In this document: piece by piece, positions 1 through 9,151 of the stretch
Numbering within the stretch: position 1 is the stretch's first letter
Layout of the letters: each line of letters starts with the position of its first letter
Assembly (NCBI GenBank): GCA_964530335.1
Contig: CAZGYG010000004.1
Location: forward strand, 8,104-72,103
Reading direction: 5' to 3'
DNA from: an uncultured Rhodospirillaceae bacterium
Lineage (GTDB): Bacteria > Pseudomonadota > Alphaproteobacteria > SP197
DNA length: 64,000 bases
Notes under the pieces: generated by a model
What the model was told of the DNA's origin: nothing
The model's input: only the letters and a program-made list of their open reading frames with translations
Database searches by the model: none
Made by a program: the position numbers and the translations under genes

Positions 1-2
1 AA

Positions 3-131
3 ACGCTGGCCAAGCTGCCGCCGGCGGCGGCCTACGAGGCGGCCCTGTTCCCGTCGTTGGAACAGCAGGGCAAGGGGAAGGAGATCATCACCGGTCAGTG
101 GGACACCGTGGTCGGCGCCGAAGTGGAATAG
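3..131 (+). CDS. 3' end of an upstream CDS (C-terminal 42 aa ...GQWDTVVGAEVE*); possibly the solute-binding protein of the downstream ABC importer
   Basis: Only open frame reaching the window edge; stop TAG at 129-131; sits immediately upstream of two permeases and an ATPase in the same orientation. Confidence 0.3.
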   Translation, partial: TLAKLPPAAAYEAALFPSLEQQGKGKEIITGQWDTVVGAEVE

Positions 132-207
132 CTCGACCCAGGGCCGCGCCAGGAAGGCGCGGCCCGATTCCCGCCGCGCTCTCCTGACGTCCCGCAAGAC
201 TCCCGCG

Positions 208-1101
208 ATGGCCCGGCCCGCAGGCCTCAGGACGGCCGCCCTCGGCCTCGTCCCGGCATCCGTGCCCTGGGCCTGGCTGGGGGTCGCGCCCTTCTTCGTC
301 TTCGCCCTCCTGTTCCTGATCCTGCCCACCGGGTACCTGGTGATCGGCGCGTTCCAGGACGTCGAGGGCAACTTCACCCTCAGGAACCTCGTCAACCTGC
401 TGGAACCGTCGACCGTCGACGCCTACTGGGTCAGCATCAAGGTCAGCGTGATCTCGGCCCTAGGCGGCGGACTGATCGGTTTCTTCATCGCGTACGCCGT
501 CGTGATGGGCGGCCTGCCCGACTGGCTGCGCCCGACGGTGATGACGTTCTGCGGCGTGGCCTCGAACTTCGCCGGGCTGCCGCTCGCCTTCGCCTTCCTG
601 GCCACGCTGGGGCGCAACGGCCTGATCACCATTCTGCTGGTCCGCTTCTTCGACGTGAAGCTCTACGCGACGGGGTTCAACCTGTTGAGCTTCTGGGGCC
701 TCGCCCTGACGTACATGTATTTCCAGATCCCGCTCATGGTCCTCATCCTCGCGCCGGCCCTCGACGGCTTGCGCAAGGAGTGGCGCGAGGCGTCGGAGAA
801 CCTCGGGGCCACGGCCTGGCAGTACTGGCGCCACGTCGCGCTGCCCATCCTGTGGCCCAGCCTGCTCGGCACCACGGTGCTGCTGTTCGCCAACGCCTTC
901 GGCGCGGTGGCGACGGCCTACGGCCTGACCGGCGGATCGATCAACCTCGTCACCATCCTGCTCTATGCCCAGATTCGCGGCGACGTGCTGCACGACCAGA
1001 ACCTCGGCTACGCGCTCGCGCTGGGGATGATCGTGATCACCGGCCTCTCGAACGCCGCCTACGTCTACTTGCGGGCGCGCAGCGAACGGTGGCTGGGATG
1101 A
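208..1101 (+). CDS. ABC transporter permease (PotB/binding-protein-dependent inner membrane component family)
   Basis: ATG at 208. 297 aa hydrophobic protein with multiple TM segments and a permease EAA-like loop (ALDGLRKEWREASENLGATAWQYWRHVALP). Stop overlaps the next start (ATGA). Confidence 0.85.
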   Translation: MARPAGLRTAALGLVPASVPWAWLGVAPFFVFALLFLILPTGYLVIGAFQDVEGNFTLRNLVNLLEPSTVDAYWVSIKVSVISALGGGLIGFFIAYAVVMGGLPDWLRPTVMTFCGVASNFAGLPLAFAFLATLGRNGLITILLVRFFDVKLYATGFNLLSFWGLALTYMYFQIPLMVLILAPALDGLRKEWREASENLGATAWQYWRHVALPILWPSLLGTTVLLFANAFGAVATAYGLTGGSINLVTILLYAQIRGDVLHDQNLGYALALGMIVITGLSNAAYVYLRARSERWLG

Positions 1102-1889
1102 AGCGGAACCGCTTCGGGGCCTGGCTCGCGGTGTTCCTGGGCGCCGCGTACTTCCTGCTGCCCTTGATCGGCACCTTCGAGTTCTCGCTGCGCATCCGGC
1201 GCGAAGGCTACACCTTCGACGCTTACGAAATCGTCCTGGCCGACCCGCGCTTTCAGGCGACATTCCTGTATTCGACCGTGCTTTCGTTCGCGACGATCAT
1301 CGTCGGCTCCCTGATCGTCGTGCCCACCGCCTACTTCGTTCAGCTTCGCCTGCGCCGGCTGCGCCAGGTCGTCGAGTTCCTGACCCTCATGCCCCTGGTC
1401 ATCCCGGCCATCGTGCTGGTCTTCGGCTACCTGCGCATCTACAACAGCTCGTCGCTGCTGCCGTTCACGTCGAACCAGTTCACGACCGATCTCTTGCTGA
1501 TGTTCGGCTATGTCACGCTGGCACTGCCCTACATGTACCGTTCGGTCGACACCGGAATGCAGGCGATCGACGTGCGCACGCTGTCCGAGGCGGCGGAGAA
1601 CCTGGGCGCCGGGCCGCTGACGATCCTGTGGCGGGTGATCCTGCCGAACGTGCGCGCCGCCGTGCTGAGCGGCGCCTTCCTGACCTTCGCCATCGTGATC
1701 GGCGAGTTCGTCCTGGCGAGCCTGCTGGACCGCCCGGCGTTCGGCCCCTACCTGCAACTGGTCGGCGCCGCCCGCGCCTACGAACCCTCGGCGCTGGCCA
1801 TCATCGCCTTCATCGTGACCTGGGCCTGCATGGGCCTGATCCAGGTGGTCGGGCGCCAGTCGCGCGGCATCGTGACGGGTGGGCGCTGA
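1098..1889 (+). CDS. ABC transporter permease (PotC-like)
   Basis: Internal ATG at 1098 overlapping the upstream stop (ATGA). The track ORF 780-1889 carries a non-coding-looking Arg/Pro-rich N-terminal extension. Hydrophobic, with an EAA loop (DVRTLSEAAENLGAGPLTILWRVILP). Confidence 0.85.
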   Translation: MKRNRFGAWLAVFLGAAYFLLPLIGTFEFSLRIRREGYTFDAYEIVLADPRFQATFLYSTVLSFATIIVGSLIVVPTAYFVQLRLRRLRQVVEFLTLMPLVIPAIVLVFGYLRIYNSSSLLPFTSNQFTTDLLLMFGYVTLALPYMYRSVDTGMQAIDVRTLSEAAENLGAGPLTILWRVILPNVRAAVLSGAFLTFAIVIGEFVLASLLDRPAFGPYLQLVGAARAYEPSALAIIAFIVTWACMGLIQVVGRQSRGIVTGGR

Positions 1890-2971
1890 TGGCGGAGTCC
1901 GGGATGGCCTTCCTGCGCCTGACCCACCTGCAGAAGCACTTCGGCGGCAACCACGTGGTCCGCGACTTCGTGCTCGACGTGGCGCAGGGCGAATTCGTGT
2001 CGTTCCTCGGCCCCAGCGGCTGCGGCAAGACGACGACGCTGCGCATGATCGCCGGGTTCGAGGTTCCCGGCGAAGGGACGATCCACATCGACGGCCGGGA
2101 CGTCACCCGGCTGCGCCCCAACCAGCGCGATGTCGGCATGGTGTTCCAATCCTACGCGCTGTTCCCGAACATGACGGTGGCCGACAACGTCGCGTTCGGG
2201 CTCAAGGTCGCCAAGCGCCCGGCCCCCGAGATCCGCCAGCGGGTCGAGGAGATGCTGAGCCTGGTCAAGCTGCCCCAGCTCGCCAACCGCTTTCCCCACC
2301 AGCTTTCGGGCGGCCAGCAGCAGCGGGTCGCGCTCGCCCGGGCGCTGTCGATCAAGCCGCAGGTGCTGCTGCTCGACGAGCCGCTGTCGGCGCTGGACGC
2401 GAAGATCCGCGTGTCGCTGCGCGAGGAAATCCGGGCCCTGCAGCGCAAGCTGGGCATCACGACCATCTATGTGACCCACGACCAGGAAGAAGCCCTGTCG
2501 ATGTCGGACCGGATCGTGGTCATGAACGAAGGGCAGATCGAGCAGGTCGGCACGCCGTTCGAGATCTACAACTTCCCGCGCACCGGGTTCGTCGCCTCGT
2601 TCGTCGGCACGCTCAACATCTTGCACGGCAAGGTGATCGATCCCGCGGCGGGCCGGATCGCCATCGACGACCAGGAGATCGTCGCGGGGCACGCGATCGC
2701 GGACGCCAAGGCCGGCGATATGCGGTCGCTGGCGATCCGCCCCGAGGTCGTCGCCCTGGGGGCCGATCGTCGCAACCAGATGCGGGGAACCATCGAGCAC
2801 GTGAATTTCCTGGGATCGGTGGTGCGCATCCGCGTCCGCTTCAGGGACAACTCCCTGCTGCTCGACGCGTTCAACCACCCCAGCGTCGCGCCGCCCGAGC
2901 CGGGGCAGTCGGTCGTGGTCGGATTCGCGCCCGAGAACGTCCTGGTGCTCGAAGGCACCGAGGGCGGCTGA
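1889..2971 (+). CDS. ABC transporter ATP-binding protein (PotA/UgpC-like, with C-terminal TOBE-like domain)
   Basis: ATG at 1889 overlaps the stop of the permease (TGATG). Walker A GPSGCGKTT, Q-loop, signature LSGGQQQRVALARAL, Walker B LLLDEPLSALD and H-loop VTHD are all present. Confidence 0.9.
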   Translation: MAESGMAFLRLTHLQKHFGGNHVVRDFVLDVAQGEFVSFLGPSGCGKTTTLRMIAGFEVPGEGTIHIDGRDVTRLRPNQRDVGMVFQSYALFPNMTVADNVAFGLKVAKRPAPEIRQRVEEMLSLVKLPQLANRFPHQLSGGQQQRVALARALSIKPQVLLLDEPLSALDAKIRVSLREEIRALQRKLGITTIYVTHDQEEALSMSDRIVVMNEGQIEQVGTPFEIYNFPRTGFVASFVGTLNILHGKVIDPAAGRIAIDDQEIVAGHAIADAKAGDMRSLAIRPEVVALGADRRNQMRGTIEHVNFLGSVVRIRVRFRDNSLLLDAFNHPSVAPPEPGQSVVVGFAPENVLVLEGTEGG

Positions 2972-3041
2972 ATCGGCCAGCCGGCTGACCTGGCGCCACC
3001 GCTGGGTTAAGGTTCGTCCGTTCCAGACGGAGGCGAACGCC

Positions 3042-3935
3042 ATGGCGCGCAAGAGAGTCGTGCTGACCGGAGCGGCGGGCACCATCTCATCGCAGATCCT
3101 GCCCGAATTCCGCGCCCGCTACGACCTGGTGCTGCTCGACCGCACGCGCCAGGGCAAGACGGGGACCATGAACGACATCGTGCTGGCGGACCTCGCCGAT
3201 CCGGACCTCGACCGCATCCGCGCGCACTTCAAGGGCGCCGACGCGATCGTCCACAACGCCTGGGCCATCGACCCAGCGCACCCCTCCGACATGGGCGGCC
3301 AGTGGCTGCCGGCAAACCGCAACCCGGCGCTGCCCATGAGCCTGGACGGCTTCGCGGTCGAACGGACCAACATCGACATGGTGTACCACGTGCTGCGCCT
3401 GGCGGTGGAGGAGGCGATCCCGCGCGTCGTGATCGCCAGCTCGAACCACGCCGCCGACTGGTACGAGACCAAGTTGCACGCGAGCGGCATGCACGCGGTG
3501 GGCCCCGAGACCTATCCCTTGTCCGACAACTTCTACGGCTGGGCCAAGGCGGCCTACGAGCTGCTCGGCCACGTGTTCGCGTGCGGCACCTTCGGCCGGC
3601 CGGTCGAAACCGTGTTCATCCGCATCGGCGCGCCGCGCCAAATCCGCATCGAGCGCGACGACGCAGTCGGCTACCGGCGCGACCTCGGCGCCTACGTCAG
3701 TCCGCGCGACCTGGCGCAGCTCTACGTCAAGGCGATCGACGCACCGGACATCCGCAACGCCGACGGCGTGCCGTGGCTGGTGGTCTACGGCCGGTCGGGC
3801 AACGCGCGCGGGTTCTGGAGCCTCGAAACCGCCCGGAACGTGCTGGGCTACGTGCCCCAGGACGATTCCGAGGTCGCGTTCGCCGACGACGTGCGCCGGC
3901 TGGTGATCGATCCCGCGCGCCAAGCCGCGCCGTGA
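3042..3935 (+). CDS. NAD-dependent epimerase/dehydratase family protein (Rossmann-fold sugar nucleotide epimerase-like)
   Basis: N-terminal VVLTGAAGTISSQILPEF glycine-rich NAD-binding motif and YxxxK-type region; 297 aa. Not assigned as hpnA because it is 3 kb away from the hopanoid genes. Confidence 0.7.
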   Translation: MARKRVVLTGAAGTISSQILPEFRARYDLVLLDRTRQGKTGTMNDIVLADLADPDLDRIRAHFKGADAIVHNAWAIDPAHPSDMGGQWLPANRNPALPMSLDGFAVERTNIDMVYHVLRLAVEEAIPRVVIASSNHAADWYETKLHASGMHAVGPETYPLSDNFYGWAKAAYELLGHVFACGTFGRPVETVFIRIGAPRQIRIERDDAVGYRRDLGAYVSPRDLAQLYVKAIDAPDIRNADGVPWLVVYGRSGNARGFWSLETARNVLGYVPQDDSEVAFADDVRRLVIDPARQAAP

Positions 3936-3949
3936 ACCTGCCGCGCCTG

Positions 3950-6244
3950 ATGGGCTACGCCGATCGGATCAGCGTCCGGCCCGGCGAGACCATCCGATTC
4001 AAGGTCAGCGCCGACGGCATCGCGCGCTACCAGGCCGATATCGTGCGGCTCGTTTGCGCGGCTGATGCTCCCGGCGGCCCGGGATTCGACGAGCGGCCGG
4101 TCGAAAGTCCGGTCTCGGGCGAATACCCGGGGCGCGTCCAGCCGATCCATGCCGGGTCCTACGTGCGCGTGCCGGCGACCGAGCGCACCCAGCGCATGGC
4201 CAGCTTCACCGCCCAGGCGTTCGTCTGGCCGACGCTCCCGGGCCACGGCACCCAGGCCATCCTCGGCACCTGGAGCCAGGGGCTGGGCGCCGGCTTCGCC
4301 CTGGTCGTCGAGGAGGACGGCACGTTCGCGCTGCGCCTCGGCACCGCGGGCGGCGCGCTGCTGAACGTTTCGACCGGGCATAGGCTCGCCGCCCGGGCGT
4401 GGACCTTCGTCGCCGCGACCTACGACGCGGCGTCCCGCCAGGCCGTGCTGGTCCAGGACCCGCTCGACCCGGCGACCCGACCGGCGCGCCCCATCGTGGT
4501 CGGCGCCAAGCTCGACGGCGCGCGCGCCGACGGCGGGCGCGACCTGCTGATCGCGGCGTGGAACGCGAGCCAGCGGCCGGGCCAGGCGCCGACCGGCGCC
4601 CACTTCAACGGCCGCGTCGAGGCGCCGAGGCTGGCGGACCGCGCGCTCGAGCTCGACGCCATCGAGGCGCTCGGCAAGCCGATCCCGCCGCTCGGGCTCG
4701 GCCAGGCGCTGCTCGGCTGCTGGGACTTCGCCCGCGACATCGGCTCGACCCGCGTCGTCGACGTGGGTCCCGGCGGGTGGCACGGCGCCACCGTCAACCT
4801 GCCGACGCGCGCGGTGCGCGGGCATCGCTGGACCGGCGCCGAGATGAACTGGCGCTACGCCCCCGAGCAGTACGCGGCGATCCACTTCCACGACGACGAT
4901 CTCTACGACTGCGGCTGGGACGACGACATTGTCTTCACCGTGCCGGCGGACCTGCCGAGCGGCTGCTACGCGGCGCGGCTAGTCGCCGACGACGCCGAGG
5001 AGCGGATTCCGTTCATCGTCCGCCCGCCCGCCGGCCGGGCGAGCGCGCCCGTCCTGTTCGTCATGCCGACCGCGACCCACATGGCCTACGCCAACGGCAC
5101 CAAGGCGCTCGACGACGAGGCCACCGAGGTCGCCAAGGGCGGCTTTACGGTCGTCGAAGCGCGCGAGGCGGCGCTCGCCGTGCCCGCGCTCGGCGGCTCG
5201 CTTTACGACCACCACCGCGACGGCAGCGGCGTGCACCACGCCTCACGGATGCGGCCCATGCTCGATGCCCGGCCCAGGACCGGGTTGTGGACCTTCGACG
5301 CCGACACCTTGATCCCGGCCTGGCTCGCCGCCATCGGCCAGCCGGCGGACATGGCGACCGACGAGGACCTGGACGCCGAGGGCGCGGCCCTGCTCGCGCC
5401 CTACCGGGTCGTGCTGACCGGCCGGCAACCCGAGTACGTCTCGACCCGCATGAGGCAGGGCTATGACGACTACCTCGGCCGCGGCGGGCGCCTGATGTAC
5501 CTGGGCGGCAACGGCTTCTACTGGCGCATCGCCTTCCACCCGGAGCTGCCGGGGGTGATCGAGGTGCGCCGGCCCGAGGGCGGGGTGCGCGCCTGGTCGA
5601 GCGCCCCGGGCGAGGGCTACCACGCCTTCAGCGGCGAGCCCGGCGGGCTGTGGCGCCGGCTCGGGCGGCCCCCGAACACGCTGGTCGGCGTCGGGTTCAC
5701 CGCACAAGGCTTCGATGGCTCGCGCCCCTACCGGCGGCTTCCGGGCGCCGACGACCCGCGGGCCGCGTTCGCGTTCGCCGGCGTGGCGGGTCCCGAGATC
5801 GGCGCCCACGGCCTGCTCGGCAACGGCGCGGCCGGGGTCGAGATCGACCGCTTCGACCTGGCGCTGGGCTCGCCGCGGCACGCGCTCGTTCTGGCCCGGG
5901 CCGACGGCTTCTCAGCCAACTGGCGCCGGGTGACCGAGGAGTTCCTGACGCTCCACCCGATGATCGACGGCGCCTCGAACGACCTGGTGCGGGCCGACCT
6001 GGTGTTCTTCGAAACCCCGGCGGGGGGCGCCGTGTTCGCGGTCGGCTCGATCGCCTGGACGGCGGCGCTGGCCACCGACGGTTACGCCAACGACGTGGCG
6101 CGCGTCACGGCCAACGTGCTGCGACGATTCCTCGACGCGCAACCGTTCGCCATGCCCGACCCCGACGCGGTGCCGATCACCGACCCGGATAGCGCGACCG
6201 TCGGCGCCGCCGACGTGGCGGAGGGCCTGCGCCGGCGCCCCTGA
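3950..6244 (+). CDS. N,N-dimethylformamidase beta-subunit-like family protein (large, ~764 aa)
   Basis: ATG at 3950 (alternative GTG at 3932 overlaps the upstream stop). The track ORF start at 3302 lies inside the epimerase gene in another frame. The sequence MGYADRISVRPGETIRFKVS... resembles the DmfA2-like family as far as I can recall. Coding-like composition runs throughout. Confidence 0.55.
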   Translation: MGYADRISVRPGETIRFKVSADGIARYQADIVRLVCAADAPGGPGFDERPVESPVSGEYPGRVQPIHAGSYVRVPATERTQRMASFTAQAFVWPTLPGHGTQAILGTWSQGLGAGFALVVEEDGTFALRLGTAGGALLNVSTGHRLAARAWTFVAATYDAASRQAVLVQDPLDPATRPARPIVVGAKLDGARADGGRDLLIAAWNASQRPGQAPTGAHFNGRVEAPRLADRALELDAIEALGKPIPPLGLGQALLGCWDFARDIGSTRVVDVGPGGWHGATVNLPTRAVRGHRWTGAEMNWRYAPEQYAAIHFHDDDLYDCGWDDDIVFTVPADLPSGCYAARLVADDAEERIPFIVRPPAGRASAPVLFVMPTATHMAYANGTKALDDEATEVAKGGFTVVEAREAALAVPALGGSLYDHHRDGSGVHHASRMRPMLDARPRTGLWTFDADTLIPAWLAAIGQPADMATDEDLDAEGAALLAPYRVVLTGRQPEYVSTRMRQGYDDYLGRGGRLMYLGGNGFYWRIAFHPELPGVIEVRRPEGGVRAWSSAPGEGYHAFSGEPGGLWRRLGRPPNTLVGVGFTAQGFDGSRPYRRLPGADDPRAAFAFAGVAGPEIGAHGLLGNGAAGVEIDRFDLALGSPRHALVLARADGFSANWRRVTEEFLTLHPMIDGASNDLVRADLVFFETPAGGAVFAVGSIAWTAALATDGYANDVARVTANVLRRFLDAQPFAMPDPDAVPITDPDSATVGAADVAEGLRRRP

Positions 6245-6316
6245 ACGGGGCGCGAGCCGCTTGGCGCGCGGGGCGAAGGGCTGGTATCCAGGCTTCGGGG
6301 ATCGGGGGAGGAGTCC

Positions 6317-7084
6317 ATGGCCCGTGGCGACGACATCCGGCGGCGGCTGGCCGCCGGCGAACGCCTGACCGCGTGCTGGCTGACGCTCGGCAGCCCGATC
6401 GCCGCCGAGATCGTGGCGCTCGCCGGGTTCGACGCCCTGGTCATCGACCAGGAGCACGGGCCGGGCGACCCCTACAACGCGATCCTTCTGATGCAGGCGG
6501 CCGGGGCGGCGGGCGTGCCGTGCCTCATGCGCGTCGCCTCGGCCGATCCCAACCTGATCAAGCGCGCGCTCGACACCGGCATCGACGGGCTCATGGTGCC
6601 CATGGTCGAGACCGCCGAGCAGGCGCGCGCCGTCGTGGCCGCGTGCCGGTTCCCGCCCGAAGGGATACGGGGAATCGCGCCGGGCAGCGTGCGCGCGGCG
6701 CGCTACGGTTACGACCGGGCCGGGTTCGTCGCCGCCCGCGGGCGCGACGTGTTCGTCATCTGCCAGGTCGAGACCAAGGCGACGGTCGGGCGCATCGCCG
6801 CGATCGCCGGCGTCGACGGCGTCGACATGCTGTTCATCGGCCGCAACGACCTGGCCTCGAGCATCGGGCTCGTCGCCGATCCCGGCCAGGCCGAGGCCCG
6901 GGCCCTGCTCGCCGAAGCCGAGGCCGGCATCAAGGCCGCCGGCAAGCCGCTCGGCGGCGTCACCGCGCCGGGCGATGACGCGCGCGCGCTTCATGGGCGC
7001 GGCTACGGGCTGGCCATCGCGGGCAGCGACCACACGCTGCTGCGCGACGCGGCGGTGGCGACGCTCAAGGCCGCGCGGGGATGA
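6317..7084 (+). CDS. HpcH/HpaI family aldolase (2-keto-3-deoxy-sugar-acid / 2,4-dihydroxyhept-2-enedioate aldolase-like)
   Basis: 255 aa TIM-barrel aldolase signature (LTLGSPIAAEIVALAGFDALVIDQEHGP...QVETKAT...DMLFIGRNDL). Confidence 0.8.
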   Translation: MARGDDIRRRLAAGERLTACWLTLGSPIAAEIVALAGFDALVIDQEHGPGDPYNAILLMQAAGAAGVPCLMRVASADPNLIKRALDTGIDGLMVPMVETAEQARAVVAACRFPPEGIRGIAPGSVRAARYGYDRAGFVAARGRDVFVICQVETKATVGRIAAIAGVDGVDMLFIGRNDLASSIGLVADPGQAEARALLAEAEAGIKAAGKPLGGVTAPGDDARALHGRGYGLAIAGSDHTLLRDAAVATLKAARG

Positions 7085-7088
7085 CGGC

Positions 7089-8207
7089 GTGCTGGCCGGC
7101 TTGCTAGGCGCCGCCGGTTGCGCCGCCTGGCTCACCCTGCTGGGCTGGCGCGGCGGCTTCTGGCGCGAACGCCCGTTCGAGGCGCCGCCGCTCGGGGCCG
7201 CGCCGGAGGTCGTCGCCGTGGTGCCGGCGCGCGACGAGGCCGATGTCATCGGCCGGGTTGTGGCCGCGCTCGCGGCGCAGGACTATCCCGGCCGGTTCCA
7301 CGTGATCGTGGTCGACGACGGTTCGAGCGACGGCACCGCCACGGCCGCGGCCGGGCCCGGGCGGACCGTGGTTAGGGCTCGGACACGGCCCCGGGGCTGG
7401 GCCGGCAAACCCTGGGCCATGGCCGAGGGCCTCGCCGCGGCCCGTCATGCCGCGCCCGACGCCCGTTACGTATGGCTGACAGATGCCGACGTCGTGCACG
7501 GACCCGACGTGCTCGCCGGGCTCGTGGCGCGCGCCGAGGAGGGCTACGACCTGGTGTCCTTGATGGCCCGGCTTGGCGGAACCACGGTCGTCGAGCGCCT
7601 GTTGATGCCGGCCTACGTGTTCTTCTTCCAGATGCTCTATCCCTTCGCCTGGGTGCGCGATCCCGGCCGGGCCACGGCCGCCGCGGCCGGCGGCTGCATG
7701 CTGGTGCGCCGGACCGCGCTCGAACGGATCGGCGGCATGGCGGCGATCGCCGACGCGGTGATCGACGACTGCGCGCTGGCGCGGGCGATCAAGCCGGGCG
7801 GTCCGATCTGGCTCGGGCTCGCTGACGCTTCGACCAGCCTGCGCGGTTATCCGGGCGCCGCCGACGTGTGGCGGCTGATCGCGCGCAGCGCCTACAGCGA
7901 GCTCGGGTATTCCCCGGTCCGGCTCGCGCTCGCCGTCCTTGGCATGGCGGTCGTCTATCTCGCCCCGCCGGCGCTGGCGGTCGCGGCGGACGGTTGGGCG
8001 CGGGTCTTCGGCGCCGCCGCATGGGCGTCGATGGTCGTGGCCTATGCGCCGACGCTGGCACGGCTGGGCGTCGCGCTGTCGTTCGCGCTCGCGTTGCCTG
8101 TCGTTGCCCTGTTCTACGTGGCGGCGACGATCGACTCGGCCCGGCGGTTCGCCGTGGGCCGGGGCGGCGCGTGGAAGGGGCGCTACCAGGCGCACCCCGG
8201 GTCGTGA
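7089..8207 (+). CDS. Hopanoid-associated family-2 glycosyltransferase (HpnB-like)
   Basis: GT2 DXD region (VIVVDDGSSDGT), N-terminal TM helix, C-terminal TM domain. Directly upstream of and overlapping a squalene-synthase-family gene and shc (hpnB position by synteny). Start taken as in-frame GTG at 7089, since the track start 6975 lies inside the upstream aldolase. Confidence 0.65.
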   Translation: MLAGLLGAAGCAAWLTLLGWRGGFWRERPFEAPPLGAAPEVVAVVPARDEADVIGRVVAALAAQDYPGRFHVIVVDDGSSDGTATAAAGPGRTVVRARTRPRGWAGKPWAMAEGLAAARHAAPDARYVWLTDADVVHGPDVLAGLVARAEEGYDLVSLMARLGGTTVVERLLMPAYVFFFQMLYPFAWVRDPGRATAAAAGGCMLVRRTALERIGGMAAIADAVIDDCALARAIKPGGPIWLGLADASTSLRGYPGAADVWRLIARSAYSELGYSPVRLALAVLGMAVVYLAPPALAVAADGWARVFGAAAWASMVVAYAPTLARLGVALSFALALPVVALFYVAATIDSARRFAVGRGGAWKGRYQAHPGS

Positions 8208-9055
8208 CCACGCAGGACGACGCGGCGCGCGCGCTGGCCGGCCGGACCGGCAGCTCGTTCTACGCCGCCATGCGCCTGCTGCCGGCGTCCCGGCGCGACG
8301 CGATCTACGCCATCTACGACTTCTGCCGCGCCGTCGACGACATCGCCGACGGACCGCTGCCCGCCCAGGCCAAGCGCGAGGGCCTGGAACGCTGGCGCGC
8401 GGACATCGCGCGGCTGTTCGACGAGCGGGCCCGCGAAAGCCAGGGCGACCAGCCGATCGTTCGGGCGTTGGCCGCCGCGGTAAGGGGCTACGGGCTGGAG
8501 CGCGCCGATCTGCTGGCCGTGATCGACGGCGTGGCGATGGACGCGGAGGGGACTATGCGGGCGCCCTCGCGCGCGAGCCTCGATCGCTACATCGACGGCG
8601 TCGCCTGCGCCGTGGGCCGGCTCGCGGTCCGGGTGTTCGGCTGCCCGCGGGCCGAGGGCCTGGCGCTCGCCGCCGCGCTGGGGCGGGCGTTGCAGCTCAC
8701 CAACATCCTGCGCGACCTCGACCAGGACGCCAAGGAAGGCCGGCTCTACCTGCCGCGCGACCTGCTCGAGGCCCACGGCATCGGCCTCGATGACCCCGAA
8801 ACCGTACTGCGCCACCCAGCCCTGCCTGCCGCGTGCGCCGCGCTGGCCGCCGAGGCGCGGGACGCGTTCGCCGCGGCCGACGCGACGCTACACCGCTGCC
8901 CGCGGCGCCAGGTCCGCCCTGCCGCGCTCATGGCCGCCGTTTATCGCCATCTGCTCGCCCGCCTCGAGGCGCGCGGCTGGACCGAGCTGGACCGGCCCGT
9001 GCGGGTCCCGCGCGTGGTCAAGGCGTGGCTTGCCATCCGTCATGGAATATTCTAG
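8204..9055 (+). CDS. hpnD: Squalene/phytoene synthase family protein, HpnD-like (presqualene diphosphate synthase-like)
   Basis: GTG at 8204 overlaps the hpnB-like stop (GTGA). Asp-rich motifs (YDFCRAVDDIADG, ...LRDLDQDAKEGRLYLP) of trans-isoprenyl diphosphate synthase head-to-head enzymes. The SSFYAAMRLLP N-terminus is more CrtB/HpnD-like than HpnC-like. Confidence 0.65.
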   Translation: MTTQDDAARALAGRTGSSFYAAMRLLPASRRDAIYAIYDFCRAVDDIADGPLPAQAKREGLERWRADIARLFDERARESQGDQPIVRALAAAVRGYGLERADLLAVIDGVAMDAEGTMRAPSRASLDRYIDGVACAVGRLAVRVFGCPRAEGLALAAALGRALQLTNILRDLDQDAKEGRLYLPRDLLEAHGIGLDDPETVLRHPALPAACAALAAEARDAFAAADATLHRCPRRQVRPAALMAAVYRHLLARLEARGWTELDRPVRVPRVVKAWLAIRHGIF

Positions 9056-9151
9056 CTCTGTCTTGAGTCTGAAACGTGGCTGTCGCATCCTGCGGATTCG
9101 ACGGTATTCTGGCATCTTAACCGGCGGAACATCCAAAGACGCGCGACGACC

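Noticed and set aside
3042-3935. Possibility that the NAD-dependent epimerase is hpnA (the hopanoid-associated sugar epimerase).
   Set aside because: It is separated from the hopanoid genes by two unrelated genes (~3 kb) and is shorter than typical HpnA. The family assignment is kept generic.
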